This document shows positions 1-14,235 of a DNA stretch of 64,000 nucleotides, piece by piece (the first letter of the stretch is position 1; every line of letters starts with the position of its first letter). Position numbers and translations under genes: made by a program. The stretch covers positions 82,088,001 through 82,152,000 of the forward strand of contig OX597825.1 in NCBI GenBank assembly GCA_951406725.2. Direction: 5' to 3'. A model generated the notes under the pieces. That model was not told the DNA's origin, ran no database searches, and saw nothing but the letters and a program-made list of their open reading frames with translations. Origin of the DNA: Octopus vulgaris. Lineage: Eukaryota.

Positions 1-75
1 TAATACTTCTCTCCCTGTCTCGAAGTATGTTTGGGTGTCGCGTCTAACTCTGGAACACAGTAAAAGAGGTATTCG

Positions 76-108
<33 letters not shown>

Positions 109-361
109 TGTATGTATGTATGTATGTATGTATGTATGTATGTATGTATGTATGTATGTATGTATGTATGTATGTATGTATGTATGTATGTATGTATGTA
201 TGTATGTATGTATGTATGTATGTATAGGTGTGTGTCTGTGTGTATATAATTGTTCAGTTTATTTCAAGATATTTTGCCAATAGAGAAAGAGCCGGTTTCT
301 AACCTAGATTTAAGGCGCCTTTATTGGAATTTCACCATGAACAACGGGGTATTTTTGTTGG

Positions 362-408
<47 letters not shown>

Positions 409-431
409 TGTATGTATATATAGTATGTATG

Positions 432-465
<34 letters not shown>

Positions 466-745
466 TGTATGTATGTATGTATGTATGTATGTATGTATGT
501 ATGTATGTGTGTATGTATGTATGTATGTATTTGTGCAGATTTGTATGTTTTGCTTTATGTATGTATTCGCATGCGTATAGTTACGTATCTAGATATGCTC
601 ATACATATTTAAATGATAAACTTCTAGAAAGTTTTACAGATTTTTACAGTTCCAGTGATGGGATGGATCTGTAGTCTTCAAATTAGCTTTTTCCTTTCAT
701 GCGTGTATGTATGTATGTATGTATGTATGTATGTATGTATGTATG

Positions 746-843
<98 letters not shown>

Positions 844-845
844 TT

Positions 846-1102
846 CATTCACTTGTTTCAGTCAATTGACTGCTGCTAGAATTTATTCTTTTGTAAACCC
901 AGTACTCATTCTACCGAACAGCTAAGTTACTGGGACGTAAACACGCCGACATCGGTTGTGAAGCGATGGTGGGGAGACAAACACAGACACACACAAACAC
1001 ATAGATATAAAAATATAAATATACGATGGGCTTCTTTTAGTTTCCGTCTACCAAATCCACTCACAAGGCTTTGGTAGGCCCGAGGCTATAGTAGAAGACA
1101 CT
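846..1102 (-). mobile_element. tRNA-derived SINE family A (5'-truncated, internally deleted copy)
   Basis: Matches the full copy at 46577-46990 (acttgtttcagtca..gctaagttac..gggcttct..tttccgtctaccaaatccactcacaaggc..ctatagtagaagacact). Confidence 0.9.
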
Positions 1103-1507
1103 AATATATATAAAACAAGGATAAACGCTCTTTACATGGCTTCCAGCTGTTTGACTCAAAACAACGATAATAGTGAAACAGCACGAATGGCGACTTTGAT
1201 ATAAATTTGTGTTCAGCCATATTTTCCCTACATATGTCTCGCGGCTCGTGGCTAGATCTACTTCTCAGTACAAAAGTTAACAACTATACGGAAAGGAGAT
1301 TAGATTATGAAAATCTACGTGGAACTCTGAACATGACAATACCGGTTGTACATCTATCAGCACCCATAATTTTTCAATATATAAATGTTTGTGTGTGTGT
1401 GTATGTTTATATATATATATTTAATAATAGTTATTATACTATCAGCTTTCTCTCTGTAACTTGCTAAGCCTTTCGGGTTTGTTTATAAAAGTATTATTTA
1501 TGTAGTT

Positions 1508-1563
<56 letters not shown>

Positions 1564-1569
1564 TATATA

Positions 1570-2125
1570 TATAATAATGAGAGAATAATAAGGTAATTAA
1601 TAAATTACTATTTATTAATTTAAAAATTGACAAACATCCCTTACAGCTGTTTCAGTTTAGGCTCTCAGAAGTGTAATTAATTAAATTAAAAACCATTTGA
1701 AACTCGAATTTCTTCAGAAGTAGACAAAGGTACCCAAAGTAAGTGTCCAATTTCCTCATATTGAGTAAAACAACTGCAAACCGGTTAACTAATAAAAATG
1801 TATAAATCAAAGCACAGTACACAAGTGGTAGACCCCTTAGGAGTGTAACTTTATTCTTCTGCTAAGGGGGTCTGCCACTTGAGTATTATGTTATTGATGT
1901 ATAAATTTCTATTAGTTAACGGCTTGCGGCCGTTTACTCAATATGAGAAAACTGAACTTTTGTATACATTTATCTACCGCAGAAGAGATTCGACTTTCAA
2001 ATGATTTAATTAATTATTCTTATGAGTGTCTCAACTGAAACGGCGGTAAGAGATGTTTGTCAATTTTTTTAATTAATAAATCATAATTTATTAATTACCT
2101 TTCAATTCTCCCGTCTTATTATAAT
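1570..2125. mobile_element. Fold-back element: ~260-bp imperfect inverted arms with hammerhead-like remnants near both outer ends
   Basis: e.g. caagtggtagaccccttag / ctaagggggtctgccacttg at the centre, ctcatattgagtaaa / tttactcaatatgag, aattgacaaacatc / gatgtttgtcaatt; left end abuts a TA tract. Confidence 0.8.
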
Positions 2126-2565
2126 AAATCTATTATATATAAGCCACGGTTTGTACGGTTACCTTGCAGTGGAGTATTAAATAGAATGTTTAATATTCAC
2201 TGTATGAGTAACTAACCAGTATTTTCACAGGATTTTGGTATCCCTGAATGAGGTTTGTAACCTTTTCATTGTGCTCGTGGTAAATATATATATATATATA
2301 TATATAAATATGTATATGTGTGTATGTGTGTGTCTATGTGTGTGTCTGTGTGTCTATGTGTGCGTCTGTTTGTATGTGTGTGTTTGTACTTTGACTCAGA
2401 TGAAAGTAGCCTTAGTTCTTTTGAGGTCGTTCGATTTCTGTCAACCGATCAATGGACTGACAGATTAAACTGATTAATAAACGAACCTATGAAGACTACC
2501 GGAAACGGCTGTAAGTCGAATTTACTGCAATAAAAGAATATGTAATAACCATTATTTACACCGTG

Positions 2566-2642
<77 letters not shown>

Positions 2643-3441
2643 CATATATGTGTGTGTCAGTGTGTGTATGTATATGTATATATAGATAGATTTAGGTACA
2701 CACATAAATATACATATATATACATGTACCTATATATGCATACAGAGCAATATATTCATGTACATGAGTAAACACACATATATATATGAGTGTGTTTGTG
2801 TTTGTGTATGCGTGTATGTGTGCGAGTGCGTGTGCGTATGTGTATGTGTGTAAATTCTGGTGAAGAAATCCCTTGTCAGCAGCGATTCCTGCCATGTTTC
2901 CCCATCTGTCAAAGAGGTCTGAAACAACTGGTGCCAGTTTTAAAGATATAAACATTCAGCTAAAATCAAAGACCTAATTTAGGTTCTTAGTTTACTTCCC
3001 GCCACGACCACCCCACCTCACTACAACGTCTTCAGCTTTTATTTGATTACGCACTCAAACAGAGACAAAAAAAAAACACACACACACATACAAAAACACA
3101 CAGACGCATACACGCACATATGTGTACATATACGTGCATACAGTGCTAAACAGACGTACAAGATCATAGACACACACATAAGAATACATATATTCACACA
3201 AACCAAGAACATAGGAACATTATGCATTTATGAACACGCGTATAAAACAGGGAATATATAAGACACGCACATACACACTTTTATGTATGTATATATAGGT
3301 ATGTACGTGTATATGAGTGCATAAGATAGAAGTAGATATATACACGCACACACGAAAATATATACAATATATTTATGTGCGTGTATATATATATGCATAC
3401 ACACACATACAAATACATGTGTATGTATATATGTATGTATG

Positions 3442-3491
<50 letters not shown>

Positions 3492-3514
3492 TATAATATA
3501 TAAGTATCTATACA

Positions 3515-3735
3515 TTCTTTTATTCTCTTAATTCTTTCAGTTATTTGACTGCGGCAATGCTGGAGCACCGCCTTTTATTCCAACAAATCGACCCCAGAAC
3601 TTATTCGTTTTAAGCCTGGTACTTATTCCATCTGTCTCTTTTGCCGAACCGCTAAGTTATGAGGACGTAAACATAACAACATCAGTTATCAAGCGATGAT
3701 GGGTGAACAAACACAGACACAAATACACACACATA
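3515..3735 (-). mobile_element. SINE family A, 3' half
   Basis: gactgcggcaatgctggagcaccgcc..ttttgccgaaccgctaagtta shared with other family A copies. Confidence 0.9.
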
Positions 3736-3837
3736 AATATATACATACACACTTAATTACATACATATATACATACACACACACATATATATATATACAC
3801 ATTTACATTTATATATATATATATATACACATTTACA

Positions 3838-3886
<49 letters not shown>

Positions 3887-4393
3887 TATTTATATAATAT
3901 TGATAATTTTATATATATATATATATATATATCCACAGGCACACATTTACAAATATAGGCAAATACACATATGCGTTCATGTTTTCAATGTATATAGCAT
4001 TACCTTTCCAAAGTTAAACAAATCTAAGACAATAAGGGCGAATCGAGCGAAATTCTCGTTAAATCCGCAATGAACAAAGATGGCAGCCAGAAATAAAAAG
4101 AAAACAAATAAATTGTCGTTAAGTAGCCATTGTGACAGCGTTGAATATAGTCTTACAATGACACAATGGCGTTCTCTCATTTCATGTTCACATACCGAAA
4201 GACATTCCTCCTACGTCATGGACACATCTGTCTTTGTATGTACGTATGTATGTATATATATGTTTATATATATGCATGCGTGTATGTATGTTTTTATGTA
4301 TGGTTGTATATAAATATATGTGTGTGTGTGTGTCTGCTTGTGGATGTGCGTATGTAGGTGTGTATAAATAAATATGAATATATAGGTTTATAA

Positions 4394-4448
<55 letters not shown>

Positions 4449-4984
4449 TATATATACATGCATATATATATATATATATATACACACATACACACACACA
4501 CACACTCACACACACACACACATATATATATATACATACATATATGCACGCGTATATAAGCACCCCAGTCACATAACATTAACTAATTGCAATTACATGG
4601 GTACACAGATACATGTAACCGTATAGCCTTCTCCCTCCCCTCTTCACACACACACTCACACGCACAAACACACATATATAGATACACACACACACACACA
4701 CATATATATATCAACATACATACATATATGTATATATGTGCTTAACCGCTGTGTGAATTCATTCGTACATACATACATACATACATACATACATACATAC
4801 ATACATACATAATACATACATACATACATACATACATACATACATACATACATACATACATGTAATACACACATACATACATACATACGTTCATACACAA
4901 GCACACGTTCACGCTGACGTACACACATGCGCACAAACAGACAAAAAAATGCAGCTCCAATAACGGACAGAATCAACATCCATT

Positions 4985-5165
4985 GACAAGGTTGCAGACG
5001 CAACGAAAATATTGGAAGAAATAATATAAATGATATAATCGAACCGGTGAGTGTGTTAGATAATATGGCAATAAGTCAATATGACCCTTCCCAGACACGG
5101 CATAATTTGTTTCAACACACGAATTCACATAAAGAATCTTGCAAACCGGATACAAAAACGAAGTA
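4985..5165. repeat. Unclassified interspersed repeat (further copies 35885-35975 same orientation, 42785-42965 inverted)
   Basis: Shared core ttcaacacacgaa(t/c)tca(ca)taaagaatcttgcaaacc in three places. Confidence 0.75.
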
Positions 5166-6442
5166 TATATATATATATACATATATATAATGTTATGATA
5201 TATATATACACTAGCACACATTCTCCATTTTAATTTTCTTGAGTGGATAGTTTTCAGGAATAACATGACTTTGTGAATGGGTTTTTTGAGACGTGAGTTC
5301 ACGTGATACCGCAGGAACGTTCCAGTTGCCGCTGATGATATTTACTTAGTGACAAAGCTTTTTCAGCCACCAAGATCTAAAAGAATGATAAGAAATTAGA
5401 TTCAGTGAGTTCGGCAGGCTTTCAAAATAATATCCCGGATGTGATGACGTAAAGCCAACCTGAAATCGAAACCCCGCTGGATGGATTCAGGTCACTGAGA
5501 GTTCGTTTTTATTGTCATAAGTATATTACTACGTTCGACAATATTTTGTATCAACAAAAAGTCGAAGGAGAGGTCACATAGGATTGTCTATAAGACCTTT
5601 CCGTTAGACTTCATATTTATTGAATGTAGTAACGATTTGTTATTATTCAGGATTATTTGCGAATAAACCATTCCTGTCGGGACCATCCTGTTTTGTTCTT
5701 GAAGTCATAATTTCGAGGATTGTGTCAATGAGTGTGGTGTTATTAGAAATGGTAGCATATGATATAAGGATGATTTGAGTGCTATTTCTAACAGGATGAG
5801 TTACTCCTGTAGAGGCCTATTAGCTGGTTTAAGAGGAATATGCTTTGAAAGAGAACACCTATGTGAGTATTTGTAACAGATGGAGTTAAACAGTTGCCGC
5901 CAACATCGGAGTGTCAGCCAGCGGTTATCGGATAAAAGTAACCGGAATTATTAATGTCTGTTTGGATTTTAGAGAGATTATTAAATATATTGAATCCTTA
6001 CAAAATCATGCGAGCAGCTGTGTCCCAGGATAACCACAGCCGACTGTCTAGCAGCAGTAAAATCCTGAAGGTAATTTGAGATTTGAGAGATGTCAAAATT
6101 GTTTGAGCAGAGATCGGCAAACTTATATCACTGACCCCGCTTCATAGAATCGTTGATAACTTATCGTTCCTATAATGTTAATTTTGACAAAACAATTAAG
6201 AAGCATCATTGATTAAAGATTCTTGATTTAAAAACAATAATCCCTTCGTTCTTTTGGTTCATTCTTGCTTTATTGTGTGAAATATTTAAAGAAACCTTGT
6301 GAAAATACCGAAATTGATAAAGAACTATAAAAATTCTGGTAAATTATATTGACGTAGTCAAAGACAGTGTGAAATATATGCTCAATAGATTCTAGTTATT
6401 GCATCAATATTCAACTGGAAAACATCTCGTTTTAGCCTTAAA

Positions 6443-6833
6443 ATAGCAGTATCGCCCGACCTTGCTTGGGTTTGTTTCGACCCTTCAGAATTGGAATTTT
6501 TGAAAAGTAAAAGTTTTGCATTATGTAGTTTGTTATTCTCTTTAAGTGAACATTTTTCTGGTTGAAATACACCGAAAAATGGCGACACAACAGTCAAAAA
6601 ATCGTAAAAAATAGGGATATTCATAGATAAAAAGCACCTTTTTGATGTAAATAATGTTTGGTGTTATGGTCCGATTTGAATTTTATCTTCTACGGAAGGA
6701 AGAGCAAGCCTTCTTCTATCATACTCTCAATTTTGGTCAACTTGCGCCGCAGGGTCTCGGAGGAGATAATGTTAGTTGAAGGCTACTAAACCTGCCATAC
6801 ACAGACAACTTCAGCTTTATATATATAGAGAGA
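6443..6833 (-). mobile_element. Non-autonomous Helitron (family H1)
   Basis: Minus strand begins A|TCTCTCTATATATATAAAG and ends with a GC-rich hairpin (cccaagcaaggtcggg) followed by CTAT (decayed CTAG); homologous to 63720-64000 on +. Confidence 0.8.
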
Positions 6834-6878
6834 TTATTGCACTCTTACAGGTTCAGTTTGTTAATACTCTGCAATGTT

Positions 6879-7098
6879 AAGGCGAAAAGCTGGCAGAATG
6901 GTTAGCACACTGGGTCTAATACTTGGCGGCGTTTCGTCCATCATTTACGTTCTGAGTTCAAATTCCACCGAGGTCGACTTTGCCCTTCATCCTTTGTAGG
7001 ATCGATAAAAAAGTACCAGTTGAACACTGGGGTCGATGTATTCGACTTTAGACTTCCCCTGAAATTGCTGGCCTTGTACCAAAATTTGAAATCAATAT
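6879..7098 (+). mobile_element. tRNA-derived SINE family B (Meta-domain-like core), monomer
   Basis: A-box-like gctggcagaatggttagc, B box gagttcaaattcc, core gtcgactttgcccttcatccttt..gataaa..aagtaccagtt resembling the MetaSINE central domain. Confidence 0.85.
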
Positions 7099-7342
7099 TT
7101 GCTGTAATTCTTTTCATTTCTGAGTCTGGTGAACGGAACTGGTTAGTTTGGTGCCATTAAAGTTGTGTTTAAATTGTTGCGAGTCGGGGGAATAGGCCCT
7201 GGGGAGGAAGGATTAGGAAAGGGGATTAGTGCTGGGAAAAGTTGATTAAAAGGACCATGGGAGACAAGAAGTGGAGAGACGAGTGTCTGAGTAAAAACAG
7301 TTGAGAGATGATCTGGACTAACAACAATAACTACAACGACGA

Positions 7343-7490
7343 GTGGAGGCGATTGGCTTAGTGGTTAGAGTGTTTGACTCATGATCGTAAAATTGTAGTT
7401 TCGATTCCTGGGCCGGGCGACGCGTTGTATTCTTGAGCAAAACACTTCATCTCACATTGCTGTAGTTCACTCAGCTTGCAAAAACGAATA
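7343..7490 (+). mobile_element. tRNA-derived SINE family D (CORE-like), 5' part
   Basis: A box tggcttagtgg, B box gtttcgattcc, then cttgagcaaaacacttcatctcac..gttcactcagc; related to 25934-26071 and 55760-56051. Confidence 0.8.
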
Positions 7491-7633
7491 AAAGTGGTGA
7501 CTCAGTGAAGTCACCTGGCGGAGTTCTCGTGAGGCACGTTTTGTATTCAGCAATCAAAAGGGTCGAATAATAGGATCAAATCAAGATGAAGGTTTAAGAT
7601 GCGTTCCGAGTCGATCGTACTGTGGACCCCGAG

Positions 7634-7870
7634 TGATTGGGACTGAATGGGGGACTGGTTGGGGGTTTGGTTGGGGTGACTGATTGGGGGACTGGTTGGG
7701 GGACTGGTTGGGGTGACTGATTGGGGGGACTGATTGGAGGACTGATTGGGGGACTGATTGGGGGGACTGATTGGGGACTGGTTGGGGGTTTGGTTGGGGT
7801 GACTGGTTGGGGAGACTGATTGGGGGGATTGATTGGGGGACTGGTTGGGGGAACTAGTTGAGACTGGTTG
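7634..7870. repeat. G-rich 12-13 bp minisatellite (gactg[a/g]ttggggg)n
   Basis: Tandem units read directly from the sequence. Confidence 0.95.
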
Positions 7871-8799
7871 TTCAATTACGTCGAAGGGTGACGATGACAA
7901 TGACGACGGCTACGAAGAAGACAACTACGACAACAACAATGTCGACGATAGCCATGATGGCGGCGGCGGCGGCTATGACGATGACGATGACGACGACAGC
8001 GACTAATATTAACAATACAAGAGAGATCCGCTAAAAATCGCTTACATTCTTTAATGTTTGCTTTTTTAAAACTTTTTCTTTTTTATGTTTGTTTTCCGTT
8101 GGTGTTTGACATGCCGTCATGGAGAGGTGGTTGGAATGTGATTCCTGCCACATGGAAGTCATCAGAATTGTGTACAATGGAGACAACTGGCAACATGTCA
8201 AACGGATAACAGTTGTTGAAATAACCGAGAATTGAAGCCGGTTGTGGAGGGGTTTCTGCCCCAAAGTGGGTTATAAAGAATTTTGTCAAGTAAACATAAT
8301 TTCGTGTCTGACTCGACTTTAACCTGTTCCGCTGGGTATTGAACCCTTGAAGTTGTCATACATGTCACATACGTCATTGAATTAATATCATTGCGGAGCT
8401 ATAGAATCTCGTCCCAGTATACACCTTGTAAAAGACGAAACCCTTTTTTTGCTAATACACGCCTATTTAGATAGGAATCCGATATTTATTATTTGAAAGC
8501 AACTTATGTATATATAATGGAGTTTGGAACGGAAAAAACAGATTGGAATGGGGTCCCTTGGATATAGATTTTCAATATGCTGTGTCAAAATGTAGAGGGG
8601 AGTTAAGAGAAAACTGCTATAGAAAGTACTCAGCGTAGATTCAACGATTCTTTGATGAACCGTTGGGAGTTTTGTTGACTCCAACCTGAAAGCTGAAAGC
8701 TAATTAACCCTTTTCAAGTTACTAAAACAAGTTTTGTGTTATGTTTTCACGGCTGATATAACTTCGTACACCATTACATACAATCAAACACATAATTTA

Positions 8800-9520
8800 A
8801 TTTGTTTTATATTTGATTGAGTTTGGAGGAAATGAAAAATGCTCAGGGCCCTTGCAGGTCTTCGGATATTGGCGCGTTTGATGCTGTTAATGTTTTTTTT
8901 TGGTTTTTGATCATACAGAAAGGACATGCGCAGGGAGGAGATTCCAGGGGAACAATGTTCTGGGGATGAAAGACTGGATATTATGTCTAGTGTGCAGCCG
9001 AGAGTGACAAAAGGGGGAAAGGCCATTAGGACGAGGGTGCCTGAGAGGCGAGGAATGAGACCAGCGGGCCTGAGGAACAGAGGCCATTAGTGTTGCAGTA
9101 GGAAAGATATAGAAAAAGGCGTCGAGCTGGCAGAACCGTTAGCACGCCGGACGAAATGCGTAGCCGTATTACGTCTGCCGTTACGTTCTGAATTCAAATT
9201 CCGCCGAGGTCGACTTTGCCTTTCATCCTTTCGGGGTCGATTAATTAAGTACCAATTACGTATGTCTGTCCTTGTCTGTCTCCTCTGTGTTTAGCCCCTT
9301 GTGGGCAGTAAAGAAATATGTATTTCGTGTCTTTAACGTTCTGAGTTCAAATTCCGCCGTGGTCGACTTCGCCTGTCATCCTTTCGGGGTTGATAAATTA
9401 AATACCAGTTGCATAATGGGATCGATCTAATCGACTGGCTCACTCCCCCAAAATTTCGGGCCTTGTGACTGGAGTAGAAAAGAAAAGACTTGTGAGCCAG
9501 GGGCTGCAGTGTGTGCACTA
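8800..9520 (-). pseudogene. Decayed LINE (L2/CR1 group) ORF2 C-terminal fragment, interrupted by the SINE at 9116-9484
   Basis: Minus-strand translation gives LQPLAHK (right of the SINE), then NGLCSS and TRHNIQSFIPRTLFPWNLLPAHV, matching the SFxPRT..WNxLP C-terminal motif; frameshifted. Confidence 0.75.
9116..9484 (+). mobile_element. SINE family B, dimeric form
   Basis: Two tandem copies of gttctga(g/a)ttcaaattccgccg..gtcgactt..catcctttcgggg, with tail ccttgtgactggagtagaaaagaa. Confidence 0.9.
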
Positions 9521-9740
9521 GTAATTGTATTCCAGTTTGTTGAGGGAACTCCCTGAATGTTTCTTTTTTTAACCTTCCTGCAAATACTTATAATTGGGTG
9601 ACGCAGCTCTCCAAAGTACTCTGTTGAAATCTTCCAAAGAAACTCTTGGAATACTCTACTGAGATTCTCCTCTGAATCCCCTAATGTGTGATTCTGAAAG
9701 CTTTTCAATTATGGAATAAAGACAACTACTTGAGAAATGT

Positions 9741-10511
<771 letters not shown>

Positions 10512-11351
10512 TACTTGAGAAATGTTCCAAATATATCCAGAGGGTTGCTATTAAGCAATTTTCTTTAAGATAAAACCAAAGCAAAAAGAAAGGCTTTTAG
10601 TGAGCCTAGTTTACAACCATATTGTACCTCATTCCTACCTAGTGCCTTATAGTAACCCCTTAGCTTAATCCAACTTTCCTCAAATATGAACCCTCTAGAA
10701 AACATTCGCTTTTCCTATGTTTTACTTGCCGCCGTGAACTTAAAGCTCAACTTTATCGATGTTATCTGTTTTGGGAAGGGTTGCAGAAATTTTGGCATAA
10801 CCCTTACAGACCTCTTCAAATACGATTAAACCATTCAGAAACGAAAACCCCACGAAAACAATCGACCTTCAATCCGTAGTCGTACTTTGATAATCTCCTT
10901 AAGAAAATCATGAATTTCACAACTTCACCTTTCATAGAGAGCATTAGTCTTAATACAAAGATATTAGCCTGATCCTCAGCTGCTTTTTTCTTTTCTCAAT
11001 AAAGCCCTTCTTGGTGAAAATATTGATTGGTGACATCAGCTGATATTGGTGACATTATAGATCTCAGTCAGTCATTCGATTAAATTCGGGAGCCAAAACA
11101 GTCCCCTTTTCCACACACATACATATGTGTGTGCTTATGTGCCTGTATCGGTATTCTTTCACTGATAAAAAACTCTGATAACTAGAAACCCAGACACTTT
11201 TCCTGTCTACGGAGAAACGAGGTCTGTAACATAACCACTTCGTTTAGTTTTCATTGAGAGGTTAAGATTGTATGGTTATTACAGAGAAGATTCTCCTCAT
11301 ATTTCAGATTATCTCAAAACGTTCGGTAGTGCCCTATGAAAAAGTAACTGA

Positions 11352-11396
<45 letters not shown>

Positions 11397-11426
11397 TGTG
11401 TGTGTATATATATGTATATATATATG

Positions 11427-11477
<51 letters not shown>

Positions 11478-11506
11478 GTACATATATATATATGTATGTA
11501 TATATG

Positions 11507-11604
<98 letters not shown>

Positions 11605-11680
11605 TATAATATATATATAGATATTTAGACGGTTGAAAATTAACACACGAGTTGATTTTCCTTACACTTATGTATGTATA

Positions 11681-11716
<36 letters not shown>

Positions 11717-12445
11717 TGTATGTATGTATGTATGTATGTATGTATAACGTATGTGTGAACGTGCAAGTGTGATAAATAAATATTTATCCTATATTTAATT
11801 ACCTGCTAGCACTATGATACTCCATTTCTGACTTCGAAACTTTCACATCAAACATATTTCTTAAGCATATTTTATTCGCATGAATAACGGCAATAAAAAA
11901 AAATTAAAAACGATAAAAACAAAAGAGAAAAAAAAACAAAACAAAAGAAGAAAAAACAAAACCGTCAAAAACTTCGTCAGATGTAAAATATGTATGACAA
12001 ACGTTAAACGTTGGCGTCAAATTATGACAATTTCGAAAATGTTCGCCAAATATGTATTCGCTGACGAAATATTCATTCAAAGAACGCATTTCTGTTTTCA
12101 CTTCAAAATGTTTGTTGCTGTTTTCGCTTTTATTGTTTCCTTTATGATTTCTGACATAAAGAAGATTCAGCAAGTCAGTATCAGTGAAAAAAAAGCATGC
12201 GTTGTTTAATGTAGAACGAAGACAAAAGGTTTTTTTTTACCTCTTTCTTTTAGTATTATTGTTCTTGACAAAATACCCTAGTCCGAAACGTTAAGTTCTC
12301 TGTTTCCTCATTACAATGTCAAATTAACTACCTTGCATTGCTGTTCGTATTTAGTGTCTTGTTTGTTTTTGTCTGTGTGATATTTGTGTATATATATTCA
12401 TGTACGCAGACGCAGAACGCCCCTCTGAATTATACAGAGTTGAAC

Positions 12446-12529
<84 letters not shown>

Positions 12530-12533
<4 letters not shown>

Positions 12534-12750
12534 CATAACAAAAACACCAGGACTTACAAACACATATAACATACAGAAAATTGCACTACTAGGCACTGCA
12601 CACATCCTACGCAGAACACTTTTCATACAATAACCATCAGAGCATCACAACAAATCACAGCACATACCTAAGGCATACAGAGCTGCGCTCGGTAGTGAAG
12701 TGAAAGCACGCTATAAAAATAAAACAACTGAATGATAATAATAATAATAA
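12530..12750 (+). mobile_element. R4/Dong-clade non-LTR retrotransposon 3' end inserted in an (AAT)n tract
   Basis: IQKIALLGTAHILRRTL-stop matches the R4/Dong C-terminal motif (QKxxLLGTAxILR); (AAT)n on both sides, the known Dong target. Confidence 0.85.
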
Positions 12751-13200
12751 AAATGATGATAAAAAATTAGCTCATTGACAGATTGATCGAATGCTTCATC
12801 AGACGATTAATTAGTTAATTGGCTAACCAGCTGACGAATAAATGTTCCTTTCTACTAGGTCACAAGGTCAGCAATTGGAACATAAATAATACAGACGTGA
12901 AAAAGAAACTACGTGTGTTTCGTATTGGCATAATGACCTTCCCGAGATACGAATAAAAGATAAAGTTTAGCACAGCTAAAGGAGTATGTGACGTAAGGGT
13001 AGATTATGTTCCTGTGAAATTCCCAAACAGACCCCCACCAGCTATTACATTAAATATGTTAATTCATATTGATTACTCGAAAATATTTTATACTTAATAT
13101 GATGGACCTATGACCTTTCAGTATATCTAAAGGGTTATGGGATATATCGTAAAGTGTTGCATTTTCATTTAGTGATTATACGAAAGTTCCCTCCTTGTAA

Positions 13201-13231
<31 letters not shown>

Positions 13232-13269
13232 GACACTCTCTCTCTCTCTATATATATATACACATAGAC

Positions 13270-13400
13270 ATTTTTAACGTTTAAAAGCTGTAAAGAGTCT
13301 TGACGGTTCGGACATGCTCCCTTCGTCAGAAAATGAGAAGGAAGAATAAAATAAATATGGGAAAAGCCGGGGAATAAAAAGAATGAGAAAATGTGCTTAG
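13270..13400 (-). mobile_element. Short Penelope-like terminal fragment with decayed hammerhead
   Basis: Minus: ttttCTGACGA-A-GGGagcatgTCC-GAAC-CG-TC-aaga; TA tracts nearby on both sides. Confidence 0.55.
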
Positions 13401-13473
<73 letters not shown>

Positions 13474-14095
13474 TATACTCACACACAGACACGTACATTT
13501 ATCAGAAGCTTATTGTGGTTATTACTTACAGGCTGTGCACTGTGATACCCTCTTGGATCTACTGTTTTGGCCTAATTAGTATAAAAAAGATATACAATTT
13601 AATCTGCGTTAACGAACTATTTATATGATTCTGGGTGTGTTTCATTAGATTTTAAAAGAAATTAAGACCACATTATATATTATAGTGCGGCAAGAACAGA
13701 AAAATTATAGTCAAAATTAGTTTCACTTAATAAATTTCTAACGAATTTATGCATAGAACTTAACAAACACAAGATGTGGGTTGGTAGAATGTCACTCACA
13801 CTTCGAGCCTCATATCTGTCACCTTCCCACTAACCTGCCATCTGTCGTTCCATATGATGCACTTAGGAGTGGAGACTACTGCACTGCTGTCTCAGAGCAA
13901 CTCTCATACTATTCCATAGCAAGGAACAGAGAAATTCGTTTCTCGGTATGATTCCGATACGATTTTATTTACGATTGAGTTTCATATTAATAATGAATTA
14001 ACCATTTTTGGAGGGTATTCAACAAAACGAGTACACGCAGAATATATGGTCTTGTCAGATGGAAACTGAAAGACGCCTGTTGTATATATATATAT

Positions 14096-14171
<76 letters not shown>

Positions 14172-14187
14172 TATATAATATAAAATT

Positions 14188-14226
<39 letters not shown>

Positions 14227-14235
14227 ATTTTATAA

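Noticed and set aside
5973-6070. Possible 98-nt + strand exon (ttttag|..cctgaag|gtaatt) with one open frame
   Set aside because: Weak polypyrimidine tract, no recognisable protein similarity and no partner exons; needs RNA-seq.
7547-7900. Pro/Ser/Gln-rich ORFs (SPNQ repeats) on the minus strand
   Set aside because: Arise from the 12-13 bp minisatellite; mixed unit lengths break frame, arguing against coding selection.
8031-8289. Overlapping unique-sequence ORFs with a faint GDFN-like endonuclease motif (SDDFHV)
   Set aside because: Similarity too weak to assign; no second motif in frame.
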